Position numbers and translations under genes: made by a program | Notes under the pieces: generated by a model | Databases searched by the model: none | The model's input: only the letters and a program-made list of their open reading frames with translations | What the model was told of the DNA's origin: nothing | Part shown: positions 1-8,486 of the stretch, in pieces | Position numbering within the stretch: the stretch's first letter is position 1 | Layout of the letters: every line of letters begins with the position of its first letter | NCBI GenBank assembly: GCA_964615145.1 | Contig: CAZTOP010000008.1 | Coordinates: forward strand, 19,298-52,840 | Reading direction: 5' to 3' | DNA length: 33,543 nt | Source of the DNA: an uncultured Chitinophagaceae bacterium | GTDB lineage: Bacteria; Bacteroidota; Bacteroidia; Chitinophagales; Chitinophagaceae

Positions 1-2
1 GT

Positions 3-356
3 AGTTACGCACAAAATAATCATCTATCAACAAATGATTCATTGTTTAATGCAATTATCCGTTCAAAAAATAAAACTGCGTTAATAAACCCCAATATTAA
101 AAAGTATGGCAAAATAGATACAAGTGCTGTAAAAATTAGCAACAGCCAAACTAATATTGATAATATGCCCATTAAAAAAATCGATAGTTTGAATATTGAA
201 AAAATGCCTACTTCAAAAGCAACAAATGCTACTGTTTATAATATGCCAATATCGAGTGGTAAATCAGGAATATTAAATGGAAAAAAATATAAATTACTAG
301 GTAACAATCCCATTGTTTTAGACAGTTTAAGCAATAACATAAATGTTAAACCATAA
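3..356 (+). CDS. Hypothetical low-complexity protein (N/I/K-rich), 5'-partial. The reading frame is open from the window start.
   Basis: Frame 3 is open from nt 3 through the listed ORF 42..356, with no stop codon. The protein has three 'NMPI/KMPT' repeats. Its composition tracks the AT bias, so it could be non-coding. Confidence 0.25.
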   Translation, partial: SYAQNNHLSTNDSLFNAIIRSKNKTALINPNIKKYGKIDTSAVKISNSQTNIDNMPIKKIDSLNIEKMPTSKATNATVYNMPISSGKSGILNGKKYKLLGNNPIVLDSLSNNINVKP

Positions 357-437
357 TAAAATATCGGTTTATACAAGTATCCAATTACCCTCTCTCCTAC
401 TTTATCCTTATTTTTGCCAATTACAATAAATAAATTA

Positions 438-1691
438 ATGGCTAAGAAAGAGATAATACGATGTTCGTTTTGCGGTAAACCCAGAGATGAAGTTAAAATT
501 TTAATTGCTGGTCATCAGGGACACATATGTGAGGGTTGCGTTGAACACGCTAAGGAAATTGTTGAACAGGAATTAAACTTGGTATTAAACGAAAACCCTT
601 CATACAAGGCTTCATCAAAAAAATTAGTAGTAAAAAAACCTAAAGAAATTAAAACATTCTTAGACCAATATATTATTGGGCAAGATGATGCAAAAAAGAT
701 ACTGGCTGTAGCTGTGTATAACCACTATAAAAGAATTGTACAAAAACCGAAAGCTACTGATGATGATGTTGAAATAGAAAAAAGCAATATTATTATGGTG
801 GGCGAAACAGGTACCGGAAAAACATTATTGGCTAAAACAATTGCCAAAATGTTGAATGTTCCTTTTTGTATTGTTGATGCTACAGTATTTACAGAAGCTG
901 GATATGTGGGCGAAGATGTGGAAAGTATGCTAACTCGCTTATTACAAAATTGCAACTATGATGTAGAAGCTGCACAACAGGGCATTGTATTTATTGATGA
1001 AATTGATAAAATTGCACGCAGACAAGATAATCCTTCAATAACCAGAGATGTAAGTGGCGAAGGGGTGCAACAAGGGTTATTAAAAATGCTGGAAGGAACA
1101 GATGTATTAGTACCACCTCAGGGCGGACGTAAACATCCCGACCAAAAAATGATTCCGGTAAACACTTCTAATATTTTATTTATTTGTGGTGGTGCTTTCG
1201 ATGGTATTAATCAAATTATTGCTCGAAGAATAAATACTAACGCCATTGGTTTTAATGTTAACAAAGAATTACAAAACTATCAACGCCAGAATTTATTGCA
1301 ATTTGTAAATGCACAGGATATAAAAGCTTTTGGAATTATACCTGAGTTATTGGGTCGTTTACCAATCATTACATACCTGAACCCATTAGATGCTGAAACA
1401 TTAAAGAGCATTATCACCGAACCTAAAAATTCTTTGGTAAAACAATACACCAAACTATTCGATTTAGAAAATATTAAACTGGAAATAGAACCGGCTGTAC
1501 TTGACTTTATGGTAGAAAAAGCATTGGAATATAAACTAGGTGCAAGAGGCTTGCGTAGCATATTTGAAACTATTTTAACTGAAGCAATGTTTGAAATGCC
1601 TGGTACAGAAGCTACTTCTTTTTTACTAACTGCTGAATATGCAAAAAGTATGTTTGAGAAAAGTAAAATGAGTATGCTGAAGGTAGCATAA
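438..1691 (+). CDS. clpX: ATP-dependent Clp protease ATP-binding subunit ClpX
   Basis: N-terminal C4 zinc ribbon (CSFCGK...CEGC), Walker A GETGTGKT, Walker B FIDEIDK, and 'LGARGLRS' near the C-terminus. I place the start at the ATG at 438 ([14 protein letters not shown]) rather than the TTG at 414. A TATTTTTG-like Bacteroidetes -7 box lies at 409-416. Confidence 0.95.
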   Translation: MAKKEIIRCSFCGKPRDEVKILIAGHQGHICEGCVEHAKEIVEQELNLVLNENPSYKASSKKLVVKKPKEIKTFLDQYIIGQDDAKKILAVAVYNHYKRIVQKPKATDDDVEIEKSNIIMVGETGTGKTLLAKTIAKMLNVPFCIVDATVFTEAGYVGEDVESMLTRLLQNCNYDVEAAQQGIVFIDEIDKIARRQDNPSITRDVSGEGVQQGLLKMLEGTDVLVPPQGGRKHPDQKMIPVNTSNILFICGGAFDGINQIIARRINTNAIGFNVNKELQNYQRQNLLQFVNAQDIKAFGIIPELLGRLPIITYLNPLDAETLKSIITEPKNSLVKQYTKLFDLENIKLEIEPAVLDFMVEKALEYKLGARGLRSIFETILTEAMFEMPGTEATSFLLTAEYAKSMFEKSKMSMLKVA

Positions 1692-1772
1692 TCATTTACG
1701 ATTTTTAGATTTTAGATGTACGATTTTTTAAATTAAGCTAGACTAACTAATAAACTTTTAAATAAAACAAAA

Positions 1773-1925
1773 ATGAACGAACTAATTGACCGCCTTGTTA
1801 AAGAAGCTAATATAACACCTGAACAAGCTGTAAAAGCTATTGAAGCTTTATCGGGCTATGTAAAAGAAAAATTCCCAATGTTAGGTGGGGCTGTAGATAA
1901 TTTATTTGGTGGTGGACAAAGCTAA
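1773..1925 (+). CDS. Small hypothetical protein (50 aa). It is not in the ORF track because it is under 60 aa.
   Basis: Clean ATG-to-TAA ORF reading MNELIDRLVKEANITPEQAVKAIEALSGYVKEKFPMLGGAVDNLFGGGQS. It has an amphipathic helix followed by a Gly-rich tail and a balanced, non-AT-driven composition. It overlaps the NUDIX gene stop by 4 bp on the opposite strand. Confidence 0.4.
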   Translation: MNELIDRLVKEANITPEQAVKAIEALSGYVKEKFPMLGGAVDNLFGGGQS

Positions 1926-2476
1926 ATCGCTTTCTCTTTCAGCAACATCAATTCCAGCTTTTGCAATGCTGCAACACTAATTGAATCGGTAATCACATTC
2001 TTATCAACCATATCAAAAACTTCCTGTAAAGGGAGTTTTTTTATTTGCAATTGTTCTGTGTCTTCGGGTTGTGCAGTTTGCTGTTGTAAGCCTTTGGCTA
2101 TATATACCATACTCAATTCATCACTTACCGAATTAGATAAATGTAAGGTAAGTATTTGTTGCCACTCGGTAGCTACTAATCCAGTTTCTTCCAGCAATTC
2201 TCTTTTAGCTGCAACCAATGGTTCTTCATGTAATGGACAACCTCCTTCCGGTATTTCCCAACTATACATATCTAGTGGAAACCTGTGCTGTCCCACAAGC
2301 CAAGTGTTACCATTATTATCTATGGGTATTACACCTATAGCAATATTTTTAAAATGTACTTTACCATATATACCTGCTCCACCATTTGGATTAATTACAT
2401 TACAATGATGCAAACTAATCCAATTGTTATTATATACCACTTCTTCGTCTATAATTTTCCAAGTATTATGTTCCAT
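1922..2476 (-). CDS. NUDIX hydrolase
   Basis: Nudix box GGCPLHEEPLVAAKRELLEETGL (Gx5Ex7REUxEExGU). I place the start at the internal Met (MEHNTWKII) at 2476 so that it abuts the upstream gene. The longer ORF running to 2545 would overlap that neighbour. Confidence 0.85.
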   Translation of the reverse strand: MEHNTWKIIDEEVVYNNNWISLHHCNVINPNGGAGIYGKVHFKNIAIGVIPIDNNGNTWLVGQHRFPLDMYSWEIPEGGCPLHEEPLVAAKRELLEETGLVATEWQQILTLHLSNSVSDELSMVYIAKGLQQQTAQPEDTEQLQIKKLPLQEVFDMVDKNVITDSISVAALQKLELMLLKEKAI

Positions 2477-2477
2477 A

Positions 2478-2807
2478 TTATTTTTTAAAAGCAAAGTAAA
2501 CAGCACCAACAATAAACAAAAAACTAATAATATATTTTGTTTCAAAAGGCTCTTTTAAATATATTACTGCAAAAATGGCAAATACAACTAAAGTAATAAT
2601 TTCTTGTGTAATTTTTAATTGAAAAGCATTAAATCCATTACCATATCCTATACGGTTGGCAGGCACCATAAAACAGTATTCAAAAAAAGCCAATGCCCAT
2701 CCAATTAAAACAGCTTTCCATAAAGGCATTCCTTTATCCTTCAAATGTCCGTACCATGCAAAGGTCATAAATATGTTAGAGAGCACCAGTAGGCTAATTG
2801 TTTTCAT
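2478..2807 (-). CDS. Small DMT-superfamily/DUF486-like membrane protein
   Basis: 109 aa with 3-4 predicted TM helices. The segments 'FAWYGHLK' and 'PANRIGY' are typical of DUF486/EamA-like small transporters. Confidence 0.65.
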   Translation of the reverse strand: MKTISLLVLSNIFMTFAWYGHLKDKGMPLWKAVLIGWALAFFEYCFMVPANRIGYGNGFNAFQLKITQEIITLVVFAIFAVIYLKEPFETKYIISFLFIVGAVYFAFKK

Positions 2808-2916
2808 TTAAAAATATTTTCCGCAAATTAACACAAAGTATCAAATTAAATTTTGTAATGTTGCCTATTGATTATTACCACGATTGACTGCCATAAACTC
2901 TATTAAACATTCAAGT

Positions 2917-3207
2917 ATGAAAAAATATCAGGCAATCATTAAGTTTACGATGAACGATGATTTTATGACTCTTATTCCACCTCATCGTACCTATATCAAC
3001 TATCTTATCAATAAAAACATTATTGATATGTATGCTGTAAGTATGGAGTCGCAAACAGTTTGGATTACTTTTAATGCAGGCAATAAAACGCAGGTAGATG
3101 AGTATTTAATTAAATCGCCTTTATACAAATACTGGACATACACTATTGAAGAGTTATTTGTGTACGATAGTCAGCAATACCGATTACCACAGTTGCAATT
3201 GAATTAA
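2917..3207 (+). CDS. Hypothetical small alpha/beta protein
   Basis: Compact ORF starting at the ATG at 2917 (MKKYQAIIKF...). No recognisable catalytic motif. Confidence 0.45.
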   Translation: MKKYQAIIKFTMNDDFMTLIPPHRTYINYLINKNIIDMYAVSMESQTVWITFNAGNKTQVDEYLIKSPLYKYWTYTIEELFVYDSQQYRLPQLQLN

Positions 3208-3410
3208 ATAATTTTTGATAGGCTGGTTTACAAATATTCCATCATTATTGGTTTTATGTAACCAAACTTTGAGCTGCTTAGTGTTAAAAAAACTACAACA
3301 CTACACCCCTTTCTGAAAAAGAGGCATTGTTTGCCAGACTGAGTTTGTCTAAAGATAATAAAAGCCACACTTACAAAATGAACCACTCCGTAACATTTAA
3401 TGATAATAAA

Positions 3411-3450
3411 TAAAAAGTCCCTAATATTATTAAAAATATCAAGGACTTTA
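3411..3450 (-). terminator. Possible rho-independent terminator for the minus-strand gene at 3485..4114
   Basis: Stem aaagtcc/ggacttt with a large (about 22 nt) AT loop. The minus-strand read continues into a T-rich tract. Confidence 0.35.
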
Positions 3451-3484
3451 TTTGCCTAACAATACCCACCCTGCATAAAACAAA

Positions 3485-4114
3485 CTAATTGCTTACGTAT
3501 TTAGTTATTGGTGCAGCCCACACTAAATCTTCATTATCTCTGCCTTTATGAGCAGCACTAAACACATAAGCCACACCCGCAGGCAAACCTTTAATAACAA
3601 CACTATGCCCATTCACTGGTTTCAATGTCCACAAGTTAATATCACTTGAAGCATTGGTAGCTGGTGTGTAAGCAAACACAGTACCGTGATCGGTTACTGG
3701 CGACTTATCTACCGACACATTCATACTGCCATTATTGCCATTTTCGACCCTAAGGTTAGCAGGTATAGGTTGTGGCAAATACTTGGGCTGCTCCGACAAA
3801 GGAATGCCACTACTTTGCAGCTTAGCCAAATCTCCATCTGCCTGTTGGTTAACCACTACAGCTACTGCACCAAAACTGTTGAGCAGGGTTTCCCTTGCAG
3901 CATTTTTAGCAGTTACTGCAGCTTTGCCACCAGTAGCTAAAGCAGCTAGACTATCGTGATAGGCATTGCTATCATCTTCAAAGTCTTTGAGTTGATCATC
4001 AACAAAAGTGAAGTTGGCATTGCCCTTTAAACCAGTTACAGCAGCTGCTGCTGCAACATCCAAATCAGCGTCTGTTTTATCGCTGAAATCCGTAATAACT
4101 TTGTACTTACGCAT
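3485..4114 (-). CDS. Hypothetical Ala/Gly/Val-rich protein. It is locally GC-rich and may be a secreted or structural beta-rich domain.
   Basis: 209-aa ORF. It has runs of AAAAAV and GGKAAVTAKNAARE. Its GC content is clearly higher than that of all neighbouring genes. Confidence 0.55.
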   Translation of the reverse strand: MRKYKVITDFSDKTDADLDVAAAAAVTGLKGNANFTFVDDQLKDFEDDSNAYHDSLAALATGGKAAVTAKNAARETLLNSFGAVAVVVNQQADGDLAKLQSSGIPLSEQPKYLPQPIPANLRVENGNNGSMNVSVDKSPVTDHGTVFAYTPATNASSDINLWTLKPVNGHSVVIKGLPAGVAYVFSAAHKGRDNEDLVWAAPITKYVSN

Positions 4115-4295
4115 AAAAATTGTTTTAAAAATGAATTAATTAAAATACCAACCTAAAGCTCTTAAAACATTTTTAAATTGCTATATAACAAAATGTTAAA
4201 AATCAATACATACTATTAAAATAATGGTACTTTTTATAAAATTTAACAGAATTTTTACAGTTTTACTTACAACAGATACTTAATAAGTTATAAGG

Positions 4296-4556
4296 GATAG
4301 CAAAAAAGTTGTAACCAAAATATTTTCCGCTACAGCGGAAATGAAAAAAGTTATAGCCGAAATAAAATCTGCTATAACCGAAAGCAAAAAAGTTATAGGG
4401 GTAATGATTTCCGCTATAGCGGAAATTGAAAAAGGGATAGCAGAATGGGAATTTGGTGTAAGGGAAAGGGGAAAAGGGATAGAAGAAATGAAATCTGTTA
4501 TAGGGGAAAGGGAAAAAGTTGTAAGGGAAAGAGAAAGAGTTATATAGGATAGAACT
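4296..4556. repeat. Array of about 12-13 tandem direct repeats with a 21-bp period and GYTATAGSS/GGGATAGMA palindromic cores
   Basis: Units read off directly: gttgtaacc..., gctacagcg..., gttatagcc..., gctataacc..., gttataggg..., gctatagcg..., gggatagca..., ggtgtaagg..., gggatagaa..., gttataggg..., gttgtaagg..., gttatatagg. The segment ttccgctatagcggaa is a perfect 16-bp palindrome. One frame reads as a heptad-repeat 68-aa ORF (4341..4547). Confidence 0.85.
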
Positions 4557-4624
4557 TTGCAGGCTATGAATTGTAAATACTAGATATAGAAAAACAAAAA
4601 AGTACTAACAAAATTTGTTCAAAT

Positions 4625-4632
4625 TAATTTTG
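4625..4632 (+). promoter_or_regulatory. Candidate Bacteroidetes sigma-A -7 element (TAATTTTG) upstream of the methyltransferase gene. It is followed by direct repeats ttgtccgt/gtccg.
   Basis: TAnnTTTG octamer 39 bp upstream of the ATG at 4671. No clean -33 TTTG was found at canonical spacing. Confidence 0.3.
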
Positions 4633-4670
4633 TCCGTAAGTTTGTCCGTGTCCGCAAAAAAGTACGTAAA

Positions 4671-6896
4671 ATGATTAAAGTAAGATTCTATCTCGACAAA
4701 GCAGATAAAAATAGTTTTTCTCCTATACATCTTCGTGTAACCAAAAATGGTGTGCAAATCAAAGTCGCAACAGGTGAGAAAATAAAAAAGAAAGACTGGG
4801 ACAACACAAATCAATTGGTTAAAGACACAGAGTATAAGCATATATCAATCAATAAGTTTCTCAATTTTTTAAAATCAGAAACTGAGAAGTACATATCATC
4901 AACACCGCATACAAAACATACTGACAAAAAAATAAAAGACAAAATTCAAGAGTTAGTGAACAGTAGAAAAGCAAATACGGATGTTCAAATAGTATGTGAA
5001 GATGGAGCGAAATATGAAACAAAACAATCAATAACATTCGTTGACTTATTTGCAGGTGCAGGTGGATTTAGCGAAGGTTTTTTGCAAGCAGAAACAGATA
5101 TTCGATATTACGATTTTTTGCTAGGAAGCGATATCAATGAAAATTGTGAGCTAACTCACCTTGCACGTTATAATTATCAATTAGGACTTGATGCAGCATT
5201 TATAAGACAAGATATTACAGAACCTGATTTCTTGGATAATTTATTGAAAAAGATTAACTGCAAACAAGTTGATGTTGTCTGTGGAGGACCACCCTGCCAA
5301 AGTTTTAGTTTGGCAGGAAGAAGAAAGAAGTTTGATAAGAAAGATGATTTATTCGCACACTACCTAAAAGTAATTAGGCAGTTAAGACCTAAATATTTTG
5401 TAATGGAAAATGTGAAAGGAATTCTTACCAAAGAAGATGGCAAGATTAAAGAAATGATTTTGCAAGAAATTAGGTCAATAGTTGATTTAAAGGAATTTCA
5501 TCAGCTAATAACATTTGTTGCTCAACTAAAAAAGGTTGAGAAAAAACAACCTTTCATTTTAGATTGTTATACACTAAGATTACAATTTGAAACAGCAACA
5601 GAGAAACAACTCGAAAACTCCAGAGAGACTTATATACAGATTCTTGAAAACAAGTTTAGACTTTTAACGCCAAAAATCGTTGATTACAAAACAAGCAAAA
5701 CAGATAAGAATATAAGTACGATTCGACACGGATTTAATTTGCTTAAACGCAGCAAGGAATTGGCTTACATAAGAAAAAAAGTCATTCTTGAAAAGTCATT
5801 TTGTGATTTAGATAATGATTTTTTTACAGATAGCTTCGATGGATTTTTAACTTCAATAGAAAGTGAATCTATTATTGAAACTATTCATAATGCTTTTACA
5901 AACTTAAAGCCATCAGAAGACTATATTGCTGAAATAAATGACATAATTAAATCACTTGAAATTTATAATTACTCTTTTGATGAGTGTGTGCAAGGGCTAA
6001 AAACATTTGTTGAAAAGGCTAATAGATCAAATGAGTTTAATGAAATATTATCGCATATTAGATTATATAATATTGAACAACCTTTTGTTGCTCTTGCATC
6101 TAACTATGGTGTGCCACAAAATAGAGAAAGAGTTCTATTTATTGGTTGTCGAAAAGACCAAAAACTAATTACTGATGTACCACCTACAGTTACAGACAGA
6201 GAAAAGGTAACAGTTTTTGAAGCCTTATATGATTTGGATTTTGTTGGAAACGATGAAGAAAAGTATCATTACGAGAAAATAGATTTAAAAGCCAAATACA
6301 ATGGTTCAACAGAAAAGATGAAAGCCTTAATACAGAAAAGAAATATTGATGGAAAACCGAATAATAGTAAAGGTTTAACTTATGCAGACTGGAGCAAAAA
6401 AGGAAGATTAAATGAAAGATTTGCAAATGCAAAGAACCCCTTTTATGTAAGGAATTTTGAAGATTTAGAAAATAACCTTTCACACATTGTTGCTCCATTA
6501 CACAATCATAAAACAAGTAAACAAAACGACGATGTTGTAAAACGTTTAAATGTCATTTTAAATACTGGTGATTATGATTTAGCAAAAAAAGAATTGAAAG
6601 CAATCGGTTTAGATTCAGAAAAAAGAAGTTACAATGTATTAAAAGCAGATTCGCAAAGCCCAACAGTAATGACAATTCCAGATGATTATATTCACTTTTC
6701 AAGTCCAAGGGCTTTAACAGTTAGAGAAATGGCAAGATTGCAGTCATTTGATGATTCATTTGTATTTCAAGGTAAACGCTCAACTGGTGGCAATAAACGT
6801 AAATTTGAAGTACCGCAATTTACATTGGTTGGTAATGCTGTTCCTCCCTTAATGGCAAGGGCTGTGGCACTAGAAATATTAAAAAATATAGATTAG
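4671..6896 (+). CDS. DNA (cytosine-5)-methyltransferase. It has an N-terminal integrase-type Arm DNA-binding domain and a long insertion between motifs VI and VIII.
   Basis: Motif I FVDLFAGAGGFSEGF (aa 122-135), motif IV GGPPCQSFS (aa 205-213), motif VI FVMENVKG (aa 243-250), motif VIII QNRERVLFIG (aa 483-492), motif X LVGNAVPPLMA near the C-terminus. The N-terminal 55 aa (VRFYLDKADKNSFSPIHLRVTKNGVQIKVATGEKIKKKDWDNTNQLVK) match the Arm-DBD pattern of Bacteroidetes tyrosine integrases. Confidence 0.9.
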   Translation: MIKVRFYLDKADKNSFSPIHLRVTKNGVQIKVATGEKIKKKDWDNTNQLVKDTEYKHISINKFLNFLKSETEKYISSTPHTKHTDKKIKDKIQELVNSRKANTDVQIVCEDGAKYETKQSITFVDLFAGAGGFSEGFLQAETDIRYYDFLLGSDINENCELTHLARYNYQLGLDAAFIRQDITEPDFLDNLLKKINCKQVDVVCGGPPCQSFSLAGRRKKFDKKDDLFAHYLKVIRQLRPKYFVMENVKGILTKEDGKIKEMILQEIRSIVDLKEFHQLITFVAQLKKVEKKQPFILDCYTLRLQFETATEKQLENSRETYIQILENKFRLLTPKIVDYKTSKTDKNISTIRHGFNLLKRSKELAYIRKKVILEKSFCDLDNDFFTDSFDGFLTSIESESIIETIHNAFTNLKPSEDYIAEINDIIKSLEIYNYSFDECVQGLKTFVEKANRSNEFNEILSHIRLYNIEQPFVALASNYGVPQNRERVLFIGCRKDQKLITDVPPTVTDREKVTVFEALYDLDFVGNDEEKYHYEKIDLKAKYNGSTEKMKALIQKRNIDGKPNNSKGLTYADWSKKGRLNERFANAKNPFYVRNFEDLENNLSHIVAPLHNHKTSKQNDDVVKRLNVILNTGDYDLAKKELKAIGLDSEKRSYNVLKADSQSPTVMTIPDDYIHFSSPRALTVREMARLQSFDDSFVFQGKRSTGGNKRKFEVPQFTLVGNAVPPLMARAVALEILKNID

Positions 6897-6902
6897 TTTT
6901 TA

Positions 6903-8087
6903 ATGAGACAGCTATCCGAAATAGAAATCAGTCGTATAAAATTACTAACAGAAAACTCTGTAGAATTAACTTTAATTGAACCAACTGCAACAGGTTTGGA
7001 AAAGTCAATTATGGATGCCACAGGTTCTGTCCGTACTTATTTAAAATCAAAATCTATTCACGACTTTGAAAATCAAAAGCAAGGACAAGAATATAAAATA
7101 CAAATAAAATCGCATTTAATTTTTGAAGATGCACTAGTAAATTCTATCGCTTCATTATATCGCCCTAATACAAAAAAAGGAGACCCAAGAATTTGGTTTA
7201 AAGGATTAACAAGTTTTGCGAAAGCAAATGATATACTAGCAATTGTTGAATATCAAAAAGTGCTGTATGTTTTAAATATTACACAACTTGATTTGAAGAA
7301 ATTATTAGAAGCAAGAATCAACAACCCATTTAGTGAACTTATTAATGAAATCAATCAAAACACGAATGCTATTGCTGAAGAATTATTATTTAAACTAAAA
7401 GAGATTTCTGCAAGAGGCCTCGTTCCTGCTATGTTAAAAGCAGATACAGCAATAGGAAGAACACTCGAAACTTTACTAAACATTGATATTAATTCATCAA
7501 AAAAACCAGATTACAAGGGAATAGAATTAAAATCGTATCGTGATAAAAAGGGTAATAGAAAAAATCTATTCGCTCAAGTACCTGATTGGAATTTAAGTAA
7601 ATTTAGTAGTTCGGCTGAAATATTAAATGCATTTGGTTACAGTAGAGGTGAAGATTTTAAGTTGTATTGCACTGTATCAACTTTAGTGAGAAATTCACAA
7701 GGATTAAAACTAAAATTGAATGCTGAAATAAATCATTTAGTGGAAAATTCCGATAAATCAACAATTGGAGACTTTGTTGTTTGGGGCTTGGAAACTCTGC
7801 ATAAACGACTGCTTGAAAAACATAATGAAACATTTTGGATAGCTGCTGATTCAAAGATTGTTGATGGCAAAGAATATTTTCAGTATAAAAAAGTTGAACA
7901 CACCAAAAAGCCAATTGTTTCTCAGTTTGATATTCTATTGGAACAAGGAATTATTACATTAGATCACTTAATAAAAAGGAAACCGAGTGGAAGTGTTGTA
8001 GAGAAAGGACCACTTTTTAAAATAAAACCAAATGCTCTGGATTTATTATTTCCTCCTAGTCAATCATATTCATTAATTCAAAAATAA
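6903..8087 (+). CDS. Putative Type II restriction endonuclease (PD-(D/E)xK), cognate to the upstream methyltransferase
   Basis: It starts 6 bp after the methyltransferase stop on the same strand. It has a 'GRTLETLL...KKPDYKGIELKSYRD' segment (aa 185-213) that fits a G-x-x-L-E ... PD-x4-E-x-K nuclease core of the kind seen in MutH/Sau3AI-like and EcoRII/NgoMIV-like enzymes. This resemblance is from memory and unverified. The N-terminal roughly 130 aa could be a separate DNA-recognition domain. Confidence 0.5.
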   Translation: MRQLSEIEISRIKLLTENSVELTLIEPTATGLEKSIMDATGSVRTYLKSKSIHDFENQKQGQEYKIQIKSHLIFEDALVNSIASLYRPNTKKGDPRIWFKGLTSFAKANDILAIVEYQKVLYVLNITQLDLKKLLEARINNPFSELINEINQNTNAIAEELLFKLKEISARGLVPAMLKADTAIGRTLETLLNIDINSSKKPDYKGIELKSYRDKKGNRKNLFAQVPDWNLSKFSSSAEILNAFGYSRGEDFKLYCTVSTLVRNSQGLKLKLNAEINHLVENSDKSTIGDFVVWGLETLHKRLLEKHNETFWIAADSKIVDGKEYFQYKKVEHTKKPIVSQFDILLEQGIITLDHLIKRKPSGSVVEKGPLFKIKPNALDLLFPPSQSYSLIQK

Positions 8088-8099
8088 AACTAAAACAAA

Positions 8100-8339
8100 A
8101 TGACACAGTTTAACTCACAAGTAAGCAGCCTTTCACCCAATGGTTCATTTGTTTTATCTCAATCAGATAATCTTGTTTGTAGTGTTGAAAGAAGTAGTGA
8201 TGGCAAAAAACTTCGTTTTGTAAGAACCTTTGCCAATGGCAGTTTTGTAGTGGTTAAAGAAACAGATTACACATTGTATCATTACATTAAACCGAATGAA
8301 CTAAATAGTATTAAAAATACTAAGGCTGTGTTTAGATAA
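8100..8339 (+). CDS. Small hypothetical protein (79 aa), immediately after the R-M pair
   Basis: ATG ORF 12 bp after the endonuclease stop. No motif recognised. Confidence 0.35.
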   Translation: MTQFNSQVSSLSPNGSFVLSQSDNLVCSVERSSDGKKLRFVRTFANGSFVVVKETDYTLYHYIKPNELNSIKNTKAVFR

Positions 8340-8486
8340 TACTTGATTGTATACTTACTACTTTTTAAAATTCCATACTAAGCCCAAAAAGATTTTTGAA
8401 CCCTTCAAGGTCTATTGCATTAACTTGTTAGACACTACTAAAAAATATATAAAATTAAAAAAAACTTCGAGGCATCATTTCCACCA

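Noticed and set aside
725-1561. Antisense ORFs 725..955(-) and 1280..1561(-) inside clpX
   Set aside because: They lie entirely within the well-supported clpX CDS on the opposite strand and give low-complexity translations.
1698-1740. Direct repeats tacgattttt ... tacgatttttt after clpX, considered as a regulatory site
   Set aside because: It is short and AT-rich and could arise by chance in 33% GC DNA. There is no hairpin or spacing regularity.
2058-2488. ORFs 2058..2408(+) and 2285..2488(+) opposite the NUDIX gene
   Set aside because: They are antisense to a gene that carries a perfect Nudix box, and their translations are Cys/Ser-rich or Ile/Tyr-rich nonsense.
3686-3959. Two plus-strand ORFs inside the GC-rich gene 3485..4114
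   Set aside because: They are shadow ORFs of a GC-rich region. The minus-strand frame is longer and coherent.
4341-4547. 68-aa track ORF across the 21-bp repeat array, considered as a stand-alone protein-coding gene
   Set aside because: Its frame is a by-product of the 21-nt (7-codon) DNA periodicity. Several units form DNA palindromes, which suggests DNA-level function. It is retained only as an alternative hypothesis in the findings.
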